Source: a virus
IMG/VR virus record: IMGVR_UViG_3300037454_000906
Span: 64,001-128,000 of that record
Strand: one strand, 5' to 3'
DNA length: 64,000 nucleotides
Positions within the stretch are counted from its first letter, which is position 1. Each line of letters begins with the position of its first letter. Below the pieces are notes generated by a model. The model was given only the letters and a program-made list of their open reading frames with translations, searched no databases and had not been told where the DNA came from. A program made the translations under genes and the position numbers. Positions 10,105-18,510 of this stretch are shown here, piece by piece.

Positions 10105-10253
10105 GTTTAACTCCTTTGCTGAACACTCCCACGATGTGTCACCGGGTGCCACCGATCGTGGCACACCGGACACACGGTGGAAACAATGGATGCAAGTTAA
10201 AAAATTTAGTGCCCAAGCGGGCACTAATTGTAAAATTAAATTATCGTCCGACC

Positions 10254-10778
10254 CTATTTGGCACAAAGCACTTCCATCTTGTCGGCAAGGTCGCTCCCGC
10301 ATTTCTCGCTGAGAACCGACTTCGCCTTTTCAATGGCGTCCGCTCGGGTACATTCGGTGACTTTGATGGCGATGACCATGCTCTCTTGGTCATTGGAGTG
10401 TTCGTCCGACTGCCCGAACCCGAACTTGACGGACCATTCACGGGGGTCAAGTGACTCCTTGTACTTGTCAATGACGACCTTCTCGATGTGCTCCCTCAGC
10501 TGCCGTGTTATCGGGCAGCAGACGCTGCGGCAGTCTTCCCCCTTGTAGAAGGGGTCATTCGGATAGCCTACATAGAGGCCATTCTCCACCGCACCTTCCA
10601 TGATGCGAAGACCCCTGATTTGGAACTGGTCATTGAGGACGATAGCCGCCAATCCCAACAGATGTCCCATAGACGGGCCTTCCGTGAAGGGGAACACCTG
10701 CACCTGCGTAACTGCGAGGCAATCAAATGCGGACGAGGTTTCTTTTTCTTTTTCTTTTTCTGCTGCTTTCTTGCCCAT
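10254..10778 (-). CDS. SpoVG-family nucleic-acid-binding protein with C-terminal extension
   Basis: VTQVQVFP...AAIVLNDQFQIRGLRIMEG..GLYVGYP...CCPITRQLREHIEKVVIDKY. Confidence 0.8.
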   Translation of the reverse strand: MGKKAAEKEKEKETSSAFDCLAVTQVQVFPFTEGPSMGHLLGLAAIVLNDQFQIRGLRIMEGAVENGLYVGYPNDPFYKGEDCRSVCCPITRQLREHIEKVVIDKYKESLDPREWSVKFGFGQSDEHSNDQESMVIAIKVTECTRADAIEKAKSVLSEKCGSDLADKMEVLCAK

Positions 10779-10900
10779 AGCTGAACTCCTTTTTCTGAAC
10801 ATGCCCACGATGTTCCACCGGATCCCACCGCGCGCGGGGCACCGAATCCATGGTGGGAATGAAAATAAAAAATTGAAATTCGGGCTTTCGCCCGATTTCA

Positions 10901-11452
10901 CTATTTGCACTTCGCCTTGATTTCTGTGCGGTTGTCAAGGAACCACTTGATGTCTTCCACCAAATTTTCAGCGGTCTCTTCCACTGAATTGGCGTTGGCG
11001 CCCACTGCAAGCAACTTCTTTACTTGGTCAAGTGAGTCAGCATGTTCCTTGCGCTTTTGGGCGATAAAGGCGTAACACTTGGCAAGGCTATCCTTTCCTG
11101 CCTCTCCAAAGAACTTGGCAAAATGCATGCCCACATACACTTCCACCTCGTAGTTGTTTTGGTTTAAAACGCAGTGGCCCGTTTTCAGCAATTGGTCCAT
11201 GTGGACACTTGCATTAAAGATTTCGGGGCCGTAGCAATGGAGCAGGCAACGTTGATAATCCTCCTTGCCAATGGTCTGAATGCCGAGTTCGTGGCGATAG
11301 GAATAGCTGGACTTCTTAGAAAGGACGAAATAGAGCTTGTCCGATTCTACGCGGGCATAGTCTTTCACTTCTACTTTGTCGGAATTTACATCAACATTGC
11401 CAACGATTTCAAATGCGTAGCGGTTGGTGTAGCGAATAATGGTTGTAGCCAT
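10901..11452 (-). CDS. hypothetical cassette protein
   Basis: Start MATTIIR after element. Confidence 0.75.
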   Translation of the reverse strand: MATTIIRYTNRYAFEIVGNVDVNSDKVEVKDYARVESDKLYFVLSKKSSYSYRHELGIQTIGKEDYQRCLLHCYGPEIFNASVHMDQLLKTGHCVLNQNNYEVEVYVGMHFAKFFGEAGKDSLAKCYAFIAQKRKEHADSLDQVKKLLAVGANANSVEETAENLVEDIKWFLDNRTEIKAKCK

Positions 11453-11615
11453 AATGGACTCCTTTTGTTGAACATGTCCACGATGTTCCACCGGATCCCA
11501 CCGCACATGGGACACCTGGAACATGGTGGGGGCGCAGTCAATAAAAAATGAAATCCCGAATGTCCTCATGGGTGTTAAGCCCCCCACCGCGCCGATTGGA
11601 CATTCGGGATAAAGG

Positions 11616-11756
11616 TTAAATTCTCAGAACCGAACGGCAGACATGCACCATGTCCCCGAAGATAACGTCACGCCAACGACAACCCACGCAGAACACGCCT
11701 TTAACGATGGACGGGGCTGGCTTGGTCGGCACACGCTTGCTATGCTTTCCCATCAT
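11616..11756 (-). CDS. small Cys-containing hypothetical protein
   Basis: Hand translation MMGKHSKRVPTK...CVGC; overlaps upstream stop. Confidence 0.4.
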   Translation of the reverse strand: MMGKHSKRVPTKPAPSIVKGVFCVGCRWRDVIFGDMVHVCRSVLRI

Positions 11757-11988
11757 CCCCATCCTTCACGGGAGTCAGCGCCCCGTTAGAAATCAAAAAT
11801 TCATGGAGCTTCTTGGTCACAAGGTATTCCTTGCCGTCAACGTTGTAGGTGTACACGGAGAAACACTTTTCCCCCTTGCGCACGAATCCGGTTATGGAAT
11901 CGGAAACCGTGATGTCAGCCTTGCTCGCCTTTAAAATGTCAGCGAGCGCATCGTGGTCGGCCCTGCACTTCTTGAAAAAATTCTGCAT
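11740..11988 (-). CDS. hypothetical cassette protein
   Basis: Start MQNFFKK after element. Confidence 0.7.
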   Translation of the reverse strand: MQNFFKKCRADHDALADILKASKADITVSDSITGFVRKGEKCFSVYTYNVDGKEYLVTKKLHEFLISNGALTPVKDGDDGKA

Positions 11989-12140
11989 TTCAAACTCCTT
12001 TTCTGAACATTCCCACGTTGTGCCGCCGGACTCCACCCGTCACGGGAATCCAGGCCCGCGGTGGGCGCCCTTGTCACAAAAAACGTATCGCTTTTGTGAC
12101 AACCCCGCCCCCGATGGGGGACGGGTGTCCACCCCCATGC

Positions 12141-12467
12141 CTAGACGGCAACCGAGCCCGCTTGGTGCAGCTCGGGGACATACGCATAGACACGCCAATG
12201 CCCCTCGGTGTAATGCGTTTCGGCCCAAAGAGCCGCCTGTGTCGGGTTGTCAAAGGTCATGCCGTTCTCGTCGTCACGCCATTCCCCGACCGCATAGCTC
12301 TCTTTCTTGCCCGTCAAGGGATTGTCCTTGTGGCCGATGAACTTTCGGAACCATACTTCCCCACTGACCTTGTAGGTCACGCTAGGGAACATCTGTTTCA
12401 AAATAGTGTAGGGGAGTTGTTCTATTTCCCTTGCGTTGGCTATCGCCATGAGTTCGTTATTGCCCAT
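12141..12467 (-). CDS. hypothetical cassette protein
   Basis: ORF track; element upstream. Confidence 0.75.
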   Translation of the reverse strand: MGNNELMAIANAREIEQLPYTILKQMFPSVTYKVSGEVWFRKFIGHKDNPLTGKKESYAVGEWRDDENGMTFDNPTQAALWAETHYTEGHWRVYAYVPELHQAGSVAV

Positions 12468-12610
12468 TTGGTACTCCTTTGATGAACATGGTCACGATGT
12501 GCCGCCGGCCCCCACCACCCGTGGCCCATCGGACACACGGTGGAACCGGAGCCCACACCGAAAAAAGAAAAGGAAAAGGGTCGCCCCATTCCTTTTCTGT
12601 GGAAAAAACC

Positions 12611-13036
12611 CTAGTCCTTTTCTATGGAAACCTTATCCAATACGTAAATATCCCCGTTGGATAACTTGATGGCGTCATGCTCCGAGAGGTCGGCCATGGC
12701 GCTGCAACAGCCCCATTCGGCAGTGAATCCCCAATGGGCGATGGCGGCCTCGCGCCAGCTCTTGTAGTCCGTTCCGGCCTTCTCGTTGTAGGGCCCGATC
12801 TTCTCGTTGTCAATCGCCGGACCTTCGTCATTTTTGAGGTAGATGGCCGAGCATCCGGTAAAGCCGCCTTCAAGCAAGGACAGGGCGCAGTCGTTGTTGA
12901 TTTCATGGGCAAGAGCCTCTTCGCCCTTCTTCTTGCGGGTGAACCACTTGTCCACCCCATCGTCATTAGCGTTGCGGGTTTCAAGGTGATAGACCTTGAT
13001 TAGCTTGTAGGGCTGCTCCAAAAAATTTTTCTTCAT
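12611..13036 (-). CDS. hypothetical cassette protein
   Basis: Start MKKNFLE after element. Confidence 0.75.
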   Translation of the reverse strand: MKKNFLEQPYKLIKVYHLETRNANDDGVDKWFTRKKKGEEALAHEINNDCALSLLEGGFTGCSAIYLKNDEGPAIDNEKIGPYNEKAGTDYKSWREAAIAHWGFTAEWGCCSAMADLSEHDAIKLSNGDIYVLDKVSIEKD

Positions 13037-13222
13037 GGTTGTATCCTTTTGTTGAACACACCCACGCTGTGCAGCCGGACCCCACCCGCCGCGGACCCAC
13101 GGGAACATGGTGGAACCGGTCATCCTTCCGGCACCGGGTACATGGTGGAACCCGGATAATTTCCGTTACAGAAAAGGGGCAAGGGCGAACCCCTGCCCCC
13201 CGTTCATCGGAGTCAAAAGCCC

Positions 13223-13546
13223 CTAGTCGGTCATGCGGTAGAAGTAGTCCGCTGCGTCCCCTTCAAGCATGTCGCACGCATACGTGTCCGCCGTGCGCCA
13301 AAGTTCGTCATAGAGTTTCGCATACTCAGGGTTTTTCTCGTGCCATTCCCAAATCTTGTGGTTGAGGGCGATGACGAGGTGGGTGAGGTAGCGGTAGTCA
13401 CGTTTCCATTCGTTGAACGCCCGGTTGAACGTGTCACGGATGGCCTTTACCCCGAACTTATCAGCAATGGTGAAGTCGCTGGGGAACGTGGTGGAGAACC
13501 CCTCCTCGTTCAACTTTTCCGAAATTTTCTTTTCCTTGGTTTCCAT
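13223..13546 (-). CDS. conserved phage hypothetical protein
   Basis: TTFPSDFTIADKFG..AIRDTFNRAFNEWK..YLTHLVIALNHKIW, a pattern I recall from gut phages; not searched. Confidence 0.7.
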   Translation of the reverse strand: METKEKKISEKLNEEGFSTTFPSDFTIADKFGVKAIRDTFNRAFNEWKRDYRYLTHLVIALNHKIWEWHEKNPEYAKLYDELWRTADTYACDMLEGDAADYFYRMTD

Positions 13547-13715
13547 GTAGCCTCCTTTTTCTGAACATGCCCACGGTGTATCCCCGGACCCAACCGATCG
13601 CGGGGATCCGGATACACGGTTGGCACCAGGTAAAAAATTTGGGGGAATGCCCACCCAAAATATTCGGGGAACTTCTATATCGTATTGGATGCCGTTTTGA
13701 AAGCCCCGTTAAACC

Positions 13716-14312
13716 TTAAATCCCCTGCATTCCCTGTTCAAAAATTTCGGGATAGAGCCTACAAATTGAAGTATATCCGCTCCGACCGATGACGATGTGG
13801 TCAAGCACAGGAAGTTTCAAAATTTTTCCCGATGCGCATAGCACTCGGGTCAATGTAATATCCTGCTCGGATGGCGCAGTGTCACCGCTCGGGTGATTAT
13901 GGGCAAATATGACACTCACTGCATTGTCAAGTATAGCAAAACGGAACGATTCCCGTGGGGCGCATTTGGTTTCGTTCACGAGCCCCTTGGTCACGATGTG
14001 CTTGCCGATGATATGGTTGTGTGAATCAAGGGTCACCACAACCATGTTTTCCTGCCGTTCCCACTTCAACCACGATACGTGATTGACGATTGTGGAAGGG
14101 TCGGTGACGGATATTGCCCTAGTCCCAGCAAGATACTCCGCAGAACTCTCCATGACCATGAGCAGAGTGTTGGCAACGTTCATGCCGACACCACGGAACT
14201 TCACAAGGTCGTTCGCCTTTGCGTAGGGGTTCTCGGCGAGATAGTCGGCAACCCTTATACCCGTGTATTCGTCGCCTATTATGCGACCGAAAATCTGTGC
14301 CAAACTTGTCAT
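13716..14312 (-). CDS. radC: RadC-like JAB/MPN domain protein
   Basis: QENMVVVTLD...APRESFRFAILDNAVSVIFAHNHPSGDTAPSEQD...LPVLDHIVIG; start MTSLAQ after element. Confidence 0.9.
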   Translation of the reverse strand: MTSLAQIFGRIIGDEYTGIRVADYLAENPYAKANDLVKFRGVGMNVANTLLMVMESSAEYLAGTRAISVTDPSTIVNHVSWLKWERQENMVVVTLDSHNHIIGKHIVTKGLVNETKCAPRESFRFAILDNAVSVIFAHNHPSGDTAPSEQDITLTRVLCASGKILKLPVLDHIVIGRSGYTSICRLYPEIFEQGMQGI

Positions 14313-14461
14313 GGCGAACCTCTTTGAATTGAACATGCCCACGCTGTTCCGCCAGGGCCAACTGCACGCGGGGATCCGGATACACGGTTGGCGCGGCTCC
14401 CCCGAGGAAAAAAGTTTGGTGCCCGTGTGGGCACCTAGTTCACTCCCATGTCCCGCACGGC

Positions 14462-14779
14462 TTACGGAGTCACCAACTTCGCCCTGTCCTTGAACCAATC
14501 GGTCGCCACAATCTTGGCATAGTCGGGCTGCTTGGGGTTTGCCTTGAACGCATCGTTCACGGCTTTCATCATGGTGTCGTTGCGGAAATAGAGGACCTTG
14601 CCCTCGGCCTCCACATTGATGAACGGAGACCATCCATCCTCCACTTGGTAACGGGCGTCCTTGGCTTCCTCCTCGGTAGAAAATTCCACCTCGTAGTGCT
14701 TGGTCTCCTTGATGGGCTTGGCCGACTCGGCCATCATCGCAGCCATCGCCAATTCGCCAATAACATTGATTCCCGACAT
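14462..14779 (-). CDS. hypothetical cassette protein
   Basis: Start MSGINV after element. Confidence 0.7.
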   Translation of the reverse strand: MSGINVIGELAMAAMMAESAKPIKETKHYEVEFSTEEEAKDARYQVEDGWSPFINVEAEGKVLYFRNDTMMKAVNDAFKANPKQPDYAKIVATDWFKDRAKLVTP

Positions 14780-14916
14780 TGCAAACTCCTTTTGAACATG
14801 CCCACGATGTATCCTCGGCCCCAACCGCCCGCGGGAATCCGGATGCACGGTTGGCGCCGATGATAAAATTTTTAAAGGAAGGTGCCCAAGTGGGCACCTT
14901 TTTTCGTGGCTACAAG

Positions 14917-15324
14917 TTAAAGGTTAAAGTTGATTTCGTGTTTCAGTTCGTCGGGGATTTCGTCTTTGAGGATTTTGTCGTCATCCCACACGGAGTCGGG
15001 AATGTAGCCGTCCCCGTCAGGTTCGGCGAACCCGTTCTTGATGGCGTCACGCAGAACGCCCATGTCGCCCTCGTCAATCTTGCGGAGCTCGGCCACGGAG
15101 AGCTGAACGCTCATGCCGACACGCATCCAAATCTTGTGCTTCTTGTTTTCGTCAATTTCCTTTTTCTCGGGTTCGGGACATTCCCCGCTTTCGGAATTTT
15201 CTTCCGCTTCGCCGAAATCATCGTCGGACGGGGCGGGATTTTCAAACCCGCAGTCCATACAGAAAAACTGTCCGTTGTCTTCCGAGATGTTCTCGCTGCC
15301 GCAATTCCAACACTTCTGTGCCAT
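14917..15324 (-). CDS. zinc-ribbon protein with acidic linker
   Basis: CWNC-x12-CMDC at the N-terminus. Confidence 0.75.
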   Translation of the reverse strand: MAQKCWNCGSENISEDNGQFFCMDCGFENPAPSDDDFGEAEENSESGECPEPEKKEIDENKKHKIWMRVGMSVQLSVAELRKIDEGDMGVLRDAIKNGFAEPDGDGYIPDSVWDDDKILKDEIPDELKHEINFNL

Positions 15325-15467
15325 ATTGTACTCCTTTCGTTGAATGTTCCCACGATGTTCCACCGGACCCCACCGCATGCTCCACCCAGGGAACACGGTG
15401 GACGCCCGGCCACCCCGAGGTACATGGGCGCCCCGATGCAGTATCGGGGCGCCCCGTTTCCTCCCTC

Positions 15468-15719
15468 TTAGCCCTGTACCAAAGACCAGCTGGGATGCTT
15501 GACCATTCGGCCCGACTTGTCAAGTCCGTGAATCCACTTCTTGACGATGCGCCACCCGATAAGGCGATAATCTTCCCGTTCGGTGCGGTACCAGATGCTG
15601 CCGTTGTTGTAGTCAACGAACACGCCGAGGAACGCACCGCCCGCACGCTTGGCGGCTTCCCATGCCTTTTGGCACAGATTGCGCAACTGACCCATGACCT
15701 TGTAGACGAATTTTTTCAT
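15468..15719 (-). CDS. hypothetical cassette protein
   Basis: Start MKKFVYK after element. Confidence 0.7.
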   Translation of the reverse strand: MKKFVYKVMGQLRNLCQKAWEAAKRAGGAFLGVFVDYNNGSIWYRTEREDYRLIGWRIVKKWIHGLDKSGRMVKHPSWSLVQG

Positions 15720-15845
15720 TTCCTGAACTCCTTTGGTTGAACATGCCCACGTTGTATCCCCGGAGTCCACCGGATCAGTTACCCCGGATACCCGGTGGGC
15801 GCCCGTGAACCCGTGGGGAAAGGGGACGCGCCCCGTCCCCCTTGG

Positions 15846-16331
15846 CTAGTCAATAAGATATTTCCAGTCTCGGATTATGCCCTCAACGTCCACCTCGGCA
15901 CCTGTGGCTACATCAACGAACACCCCGTGCGCGGGACACCAAAGGACACTATGGCGATGGTTCCCCAAGTAGTCAACCCCCACCACCTTTGCCGCGTACT
16001 GGGCTCCGTTGTGGCGCAGACCCATCTTCACGGGGGTGTACTGGAAGATGTGACCCTCTTCCATGAGGCGCCTGACGAGCTCCGTGAGGCCGTCCTCGGG
16101 CAGGTTCACCTCAACCACTTCCCAGTAATGGATGCACCCGCGGTAGTCAAGGCTGACTGCCTCGTCGGTGACCTCGGGATCCGCCTCGATTCCTTCCCGT
16201 TCCTTGAATTCAAGGGCTAAGCGGAGAGCCTCCCCCTTGGCCAAGTCAAACGTTTCGCAAGGTTCGCCCTGTTGGCCGGTGATGCTTTCATGCGAATCGC
16301 ACCTGTTGACAACGATGTATTTGATTGACAT
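15846..16331 (-). CDS. hypothetical cassette protein
   Basis: Start MSIKYIV after element. Confidence 0.75.
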   Translation of the reverse strand: MSIKYIVVNRCDSHESITGQQGEPCETFDLAKGEALRLALEFKEREGIEADPEVTDEAVSLDYRGCIHYWEVVEVNLPEDGLTELVRRLMEEGHIFQYTPVKMGLRHNGAQYAAKVVGVDYLGNHRHSVLWCPAHGVFVDVATGAEVDVEGIIRDWKYLID

Positions 16332-16458
16332 ATGGCTCCTTTTCTGAACGTGCCCACGGTGCGCCGCCGGACCCCACCGGATCCGGTTCACGGGGAACAC
16401 GGTTGGCGCGGTTCCCCAGAGGCGAAAAGTTTGGTGCCCATGTGGGCACCTAGTTCAC

Positions 16459-16665
16459 TCATGCTGCCTTCTTCATGGAATCATATTCCGCACGGAGTTC
16501 ACGGAGTCTGGCGTCACGGTACCCAATGAACCTCGTCCACTGCTCGTGCCAACGATGGGACCTGCCCACATCCCGCATGTTCGCCATGTGGTCAAAGATG
16601 CCGTCGCAGATGCGGCAAAGGGTCATGTACTTCTTGTCCGAATGGACGCATTCCTTGAAATTCAT
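16459..16665 (-). CDS. small hypothetical protein (CxxC)
   Basis: ORF track; CRIC motif. Confidence 0.6.
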   Translation of the reverse strand: MNFKECVHSDKKYMTLCRICDGIFDHMANMRDVGRSHRWHEQWTRFIGYRDARLRELRAEYDSMKKAA

Positions 16666-16688
16666 AGCGTACCACTTTAAAAAATTTT

Positions 16689-16874
16689 TTACATGCCGCT
16701 CTCAATGGCCATGGAAAAGTCAACGCAGTCCTTGCAGCCGTGATACCTGCTCAGCGCGGCCTCGGTCTGCTCGGGACCCATCTCATCAAAATATTTCAGA
16801 AGACGCCCGTAGAACCCCTGAGCACGGGAAAGGGCCCTTATCCACCCGAGTATGGTCTTGGTCTTTTCGCTCAT
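16689..16874 (-). CDS. small cassette protein
   Basis: Start MSEKTKT after element. Confidence 0.65.
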   Translation of the reverse strand: MSEKTKTILGWIRALSRAQGFYGRLLKYFDEMGPEQTEAALSRYHGCKDCVDFSMAIESGM

Positions 16875-17113
16875 GTTGAAACTCCTTTTCTGAACACGCC
16901 CACGGTGCACCGCCGGACCCCACCGGATCCGCTACGCCGGGCACACGGTGGCGCCGCACGCGTCACGATACAGGAACGGGCGGTTCCCGAGGGGTATCGG
17001 GAACCGCCCGTCATTGCTTGGCTCGGGCTTCGGATGCCAGTTTCGCCCTGCGGTCGCCTATTCATATCGTCGTAAGTTGGACATCCCGACCCGACGACCT
17101 TGCCACATATCCG

Positions 17114-17257
17114 CTACTTGCCCACGGGGCGCACCACGCACGGGAATCCCGCTGCGCTGCGCTTGGCAGCGTTCCTGTCCGCAACCGACTTCTTGTAGTG
17201 GGAAGAGAAAAGGTTGAGACCGGCAGTGGTGACCGAGTAAACGCCATACTTTTTCAT
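17114..17257 (-). CDS. small basic cassette protein
   Basis: Start MKKYGVY after element. Confidence 0.55.
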   Translation of the reverse strand: MKKYGVYSVTTAGLNLFSSHYKKSVADRNAAKRSAAGFPCVVRPVGK

Positions 17258-17396
17258 TTTGTAACCTCCGTTGTTTGAACATGCCCACGTTGCGCCCCCG
17301 GACCCAACCGCCCGCGGGACATCCCGGACACGGTGGGGCGCGCCGTGTCCCTTGAAGCATGGTGCCCATATGGGCACCCCGTCTCCCCCCGTGCAA

Positions 17397-17780
17397 TTAC
17401 TTCTTCATTTCGTCCCCCCTGCTGAGCTCGTTTAGCACGAGCGTGTTCATGTCCGTCTCGGGCGCCTCCAAGAGCGAGAGGACCCTGTGCAGAGTGTGGT
17501 TCGGCATGTAGCCGAATTCGAATGCACGCTTTGAGCCGTCTTTGTCATCGCACACGATTACGGGATTCATGTCGGCTCCAGCGGCCACATGGGTTATCGT
17601 GAACTTCAGGGGAGGCATATATCCCTTGATGCTGAACTTGACGGGTTTCGGGAGAGGCACCAGCTTTTTACGCTGATCGGCCTCGCTGCATTCGGGGAAC
17701 ATTGCCCCCGCCTTCGCCATGATGCTCTTGTAGAGGTGCTCCCTGTACATTACCGCAGTGAATACGCCCATAGATGCCAT
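17397..17780 (-). CDS. hypothetical cassette protein
   Basis: Start MASMGV after element. Confidence 0.7.
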   Translation of the reverse strand: MASMGVFTAVMYREHLYKSIMAKAGAMFPECSEADQRKKLVPLPKPVKFSIKGYMPPLKFTITHVAAGADMNPVIVCDDKDGSKRAFEFGYMPNHTLHRVLSLLEAPETDMNTLVLNELSRGDEMKK

Positions 17781-17847
17781 GATGTAACTCCTTTTGATGA
17801 ACATGCCCACGATGCGACGCCAGGTCCCACCAAGGGCGGGACTGTGG

Positions 17848-18006
17848 TCACATGGTGGCCCCCAAGCAAAACACTGACCCGCAGGAGGCCGTAGGGCTAT
17901 CGCATACCAAATCCGGTGCCCCCATGTAGCATTCCGCCTCCATGCTTAACTCGTCCTCCATGAGGTCCGTGTCAAGTTCGCATCGTGCATCTAGTTCGGT
18001 AACCAT
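17848..18006 (-). CDS. small acidic cassette protein
   Basis: Start MVTELD after element; stop overlaps next element. Confidence 0.45.
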   Translation of the reverse strand: MVTELDARCELDTDLMEDELSMEAECYMGAPDLVCDSPTASCGSVFCLGATM

Positions 18007-18254
18007 GCGTGCCTCCTCGGGTTGAACGGGCCCACGCTGTGCCGCCGGACCCCACCGACCGCGGGACACCGGACGCACGGCGGGTGCAAGTTCCTGGGGA
18101 CCGAAAGGCCGTATAGGGAACATGGGGCACAATTGAGCACCATGGTAGCGTCCTCGGTTCCCCCGGTGTCCCCAGGGTCCCGCGGGGTGACCCCCGCGCC
18201 CACGGTGTCCCACCGGCGGGCGCGCCCGCCGGGACGCGAGGGGGACATGGCCGG

Positions 18255-18510
18255 GAAAAAATCAAAATCAAAACCTGGGGGTCACATTTTGGAAAATGGC
18301 GATCTCCGCTTTGCCCCGATTTCAAAAAATTTACCCGGTAGGGGGGTACGGGGGTTTCCGGCGGCCCTTTGTAAACATTTGTAAACATTTTCCGGGGGTA
18401 ACTGGCCCCAAAAAATCAAAAACTTTTTTAACCCGGTACCGGGTACCCTAAGTTTGAATGAATGATGTCTAATTAACGAAAAAAAATTTTTGGGGGGTGG
18501 GGGTCTGCAT
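18255..18510. other. non-coding region of A/T tracts, G/C tracts, direct repeats and a palindrome (possible terminus or origin)
   Basis: AAAAAATCAAAATCAAAA, TGTAAACATT x2 (~18370-18390), ACCCGGTACCGGGT (~18431), several G4-G6 runs; no convincing ORF. Confidence 0.4.

Larger units (their letters stand above)
2134..17379 (-). terminator. Repeated intrinsic terminators between cassettes
   Basis: GC hairpin + T-tract on minus strand. GTGCCC-N4-GGGCAC family at ~2134, 10208, 14419, 14880, 16431, 17361; GGCAGGGG..CCCCTGCC family at ~5985, 8921, 13175; others at ~5425, 10878, 11553, 16978. Confidence 0.8.
289..18250 (-). repeat. Family of ~31 gene-proximal hairpin elements (covarying stem-loop + GGCAYGTTCAAC + AAAAGGAG SD)
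   Basis: Approximate copies: 289-340 (no tail), 1024-1092, 1399-1450 (truncated), 2038-2112, 2759-2812, 3600-3668, 4548-4601 (no tail), 5336-5407, 5886-5957, 6386-6457, 6980-7052, 8164-8233, 8816-8897, 9471-9542, 10111-10180, 10786-10857, 11459-11530, 11995-12065, 12474-12543, 13044-13113 (extra 5' arm to 13148), 13552-13627, 14319-14392, 14786-14858, 15331-15401, 15728-15799, 16336-16407, 16882-16952, 17265-17338, 17788-17859, 18012-18084, 18199-18250 (no tail). Minus-strand consensus CCACCRTGT-N4-GG..CCC-loop-GGTGGG..CCGG-N3-ACANCGTGG-GCAYGTTCA-AC-AAAAGGAG-N5-8-ATG. Confidence 0.95.

Noticed and set aside
12069-12100. TTGTCACAAAA...TTTTGTGACAA palindrome
   Set aside because: Single occurrence in a terminator position; no evidence for a separate function.
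1024-18084. Hairpin elements as a CRISPR or TIGR-like guide array
   Set aside because: The intervening sequences are 150-900 bp protein-coding genes, not fixed-length spacers.
1024-18084. LexA box, sigma54 or ECF promoter inside the element
   Set aside because: GAAC..GTTC spacing is 11 rather than 4 and occurs only in some copies; no GG-N10-GC; the GGAAC bases covary with the opposite arm instead of being invariant.
647-18213. Long N-terminal extensions in the ORF track (e.g. ...RWDPVEHRGHVQQKE..., ...TTWACSTKG...)
   Set aside because: They are translations of the repeated hairpin; the real starts follow the AAGGAG SD.
289-18250. Calling the array a classical integron (attC sites)
   Set aside because: GTTCAAC/GTTGAAC resembles an R box, but R'' and R' do not close a single stem with L boxes, most copies lack an upstream ...AAC partner, and no IntI is in the window.
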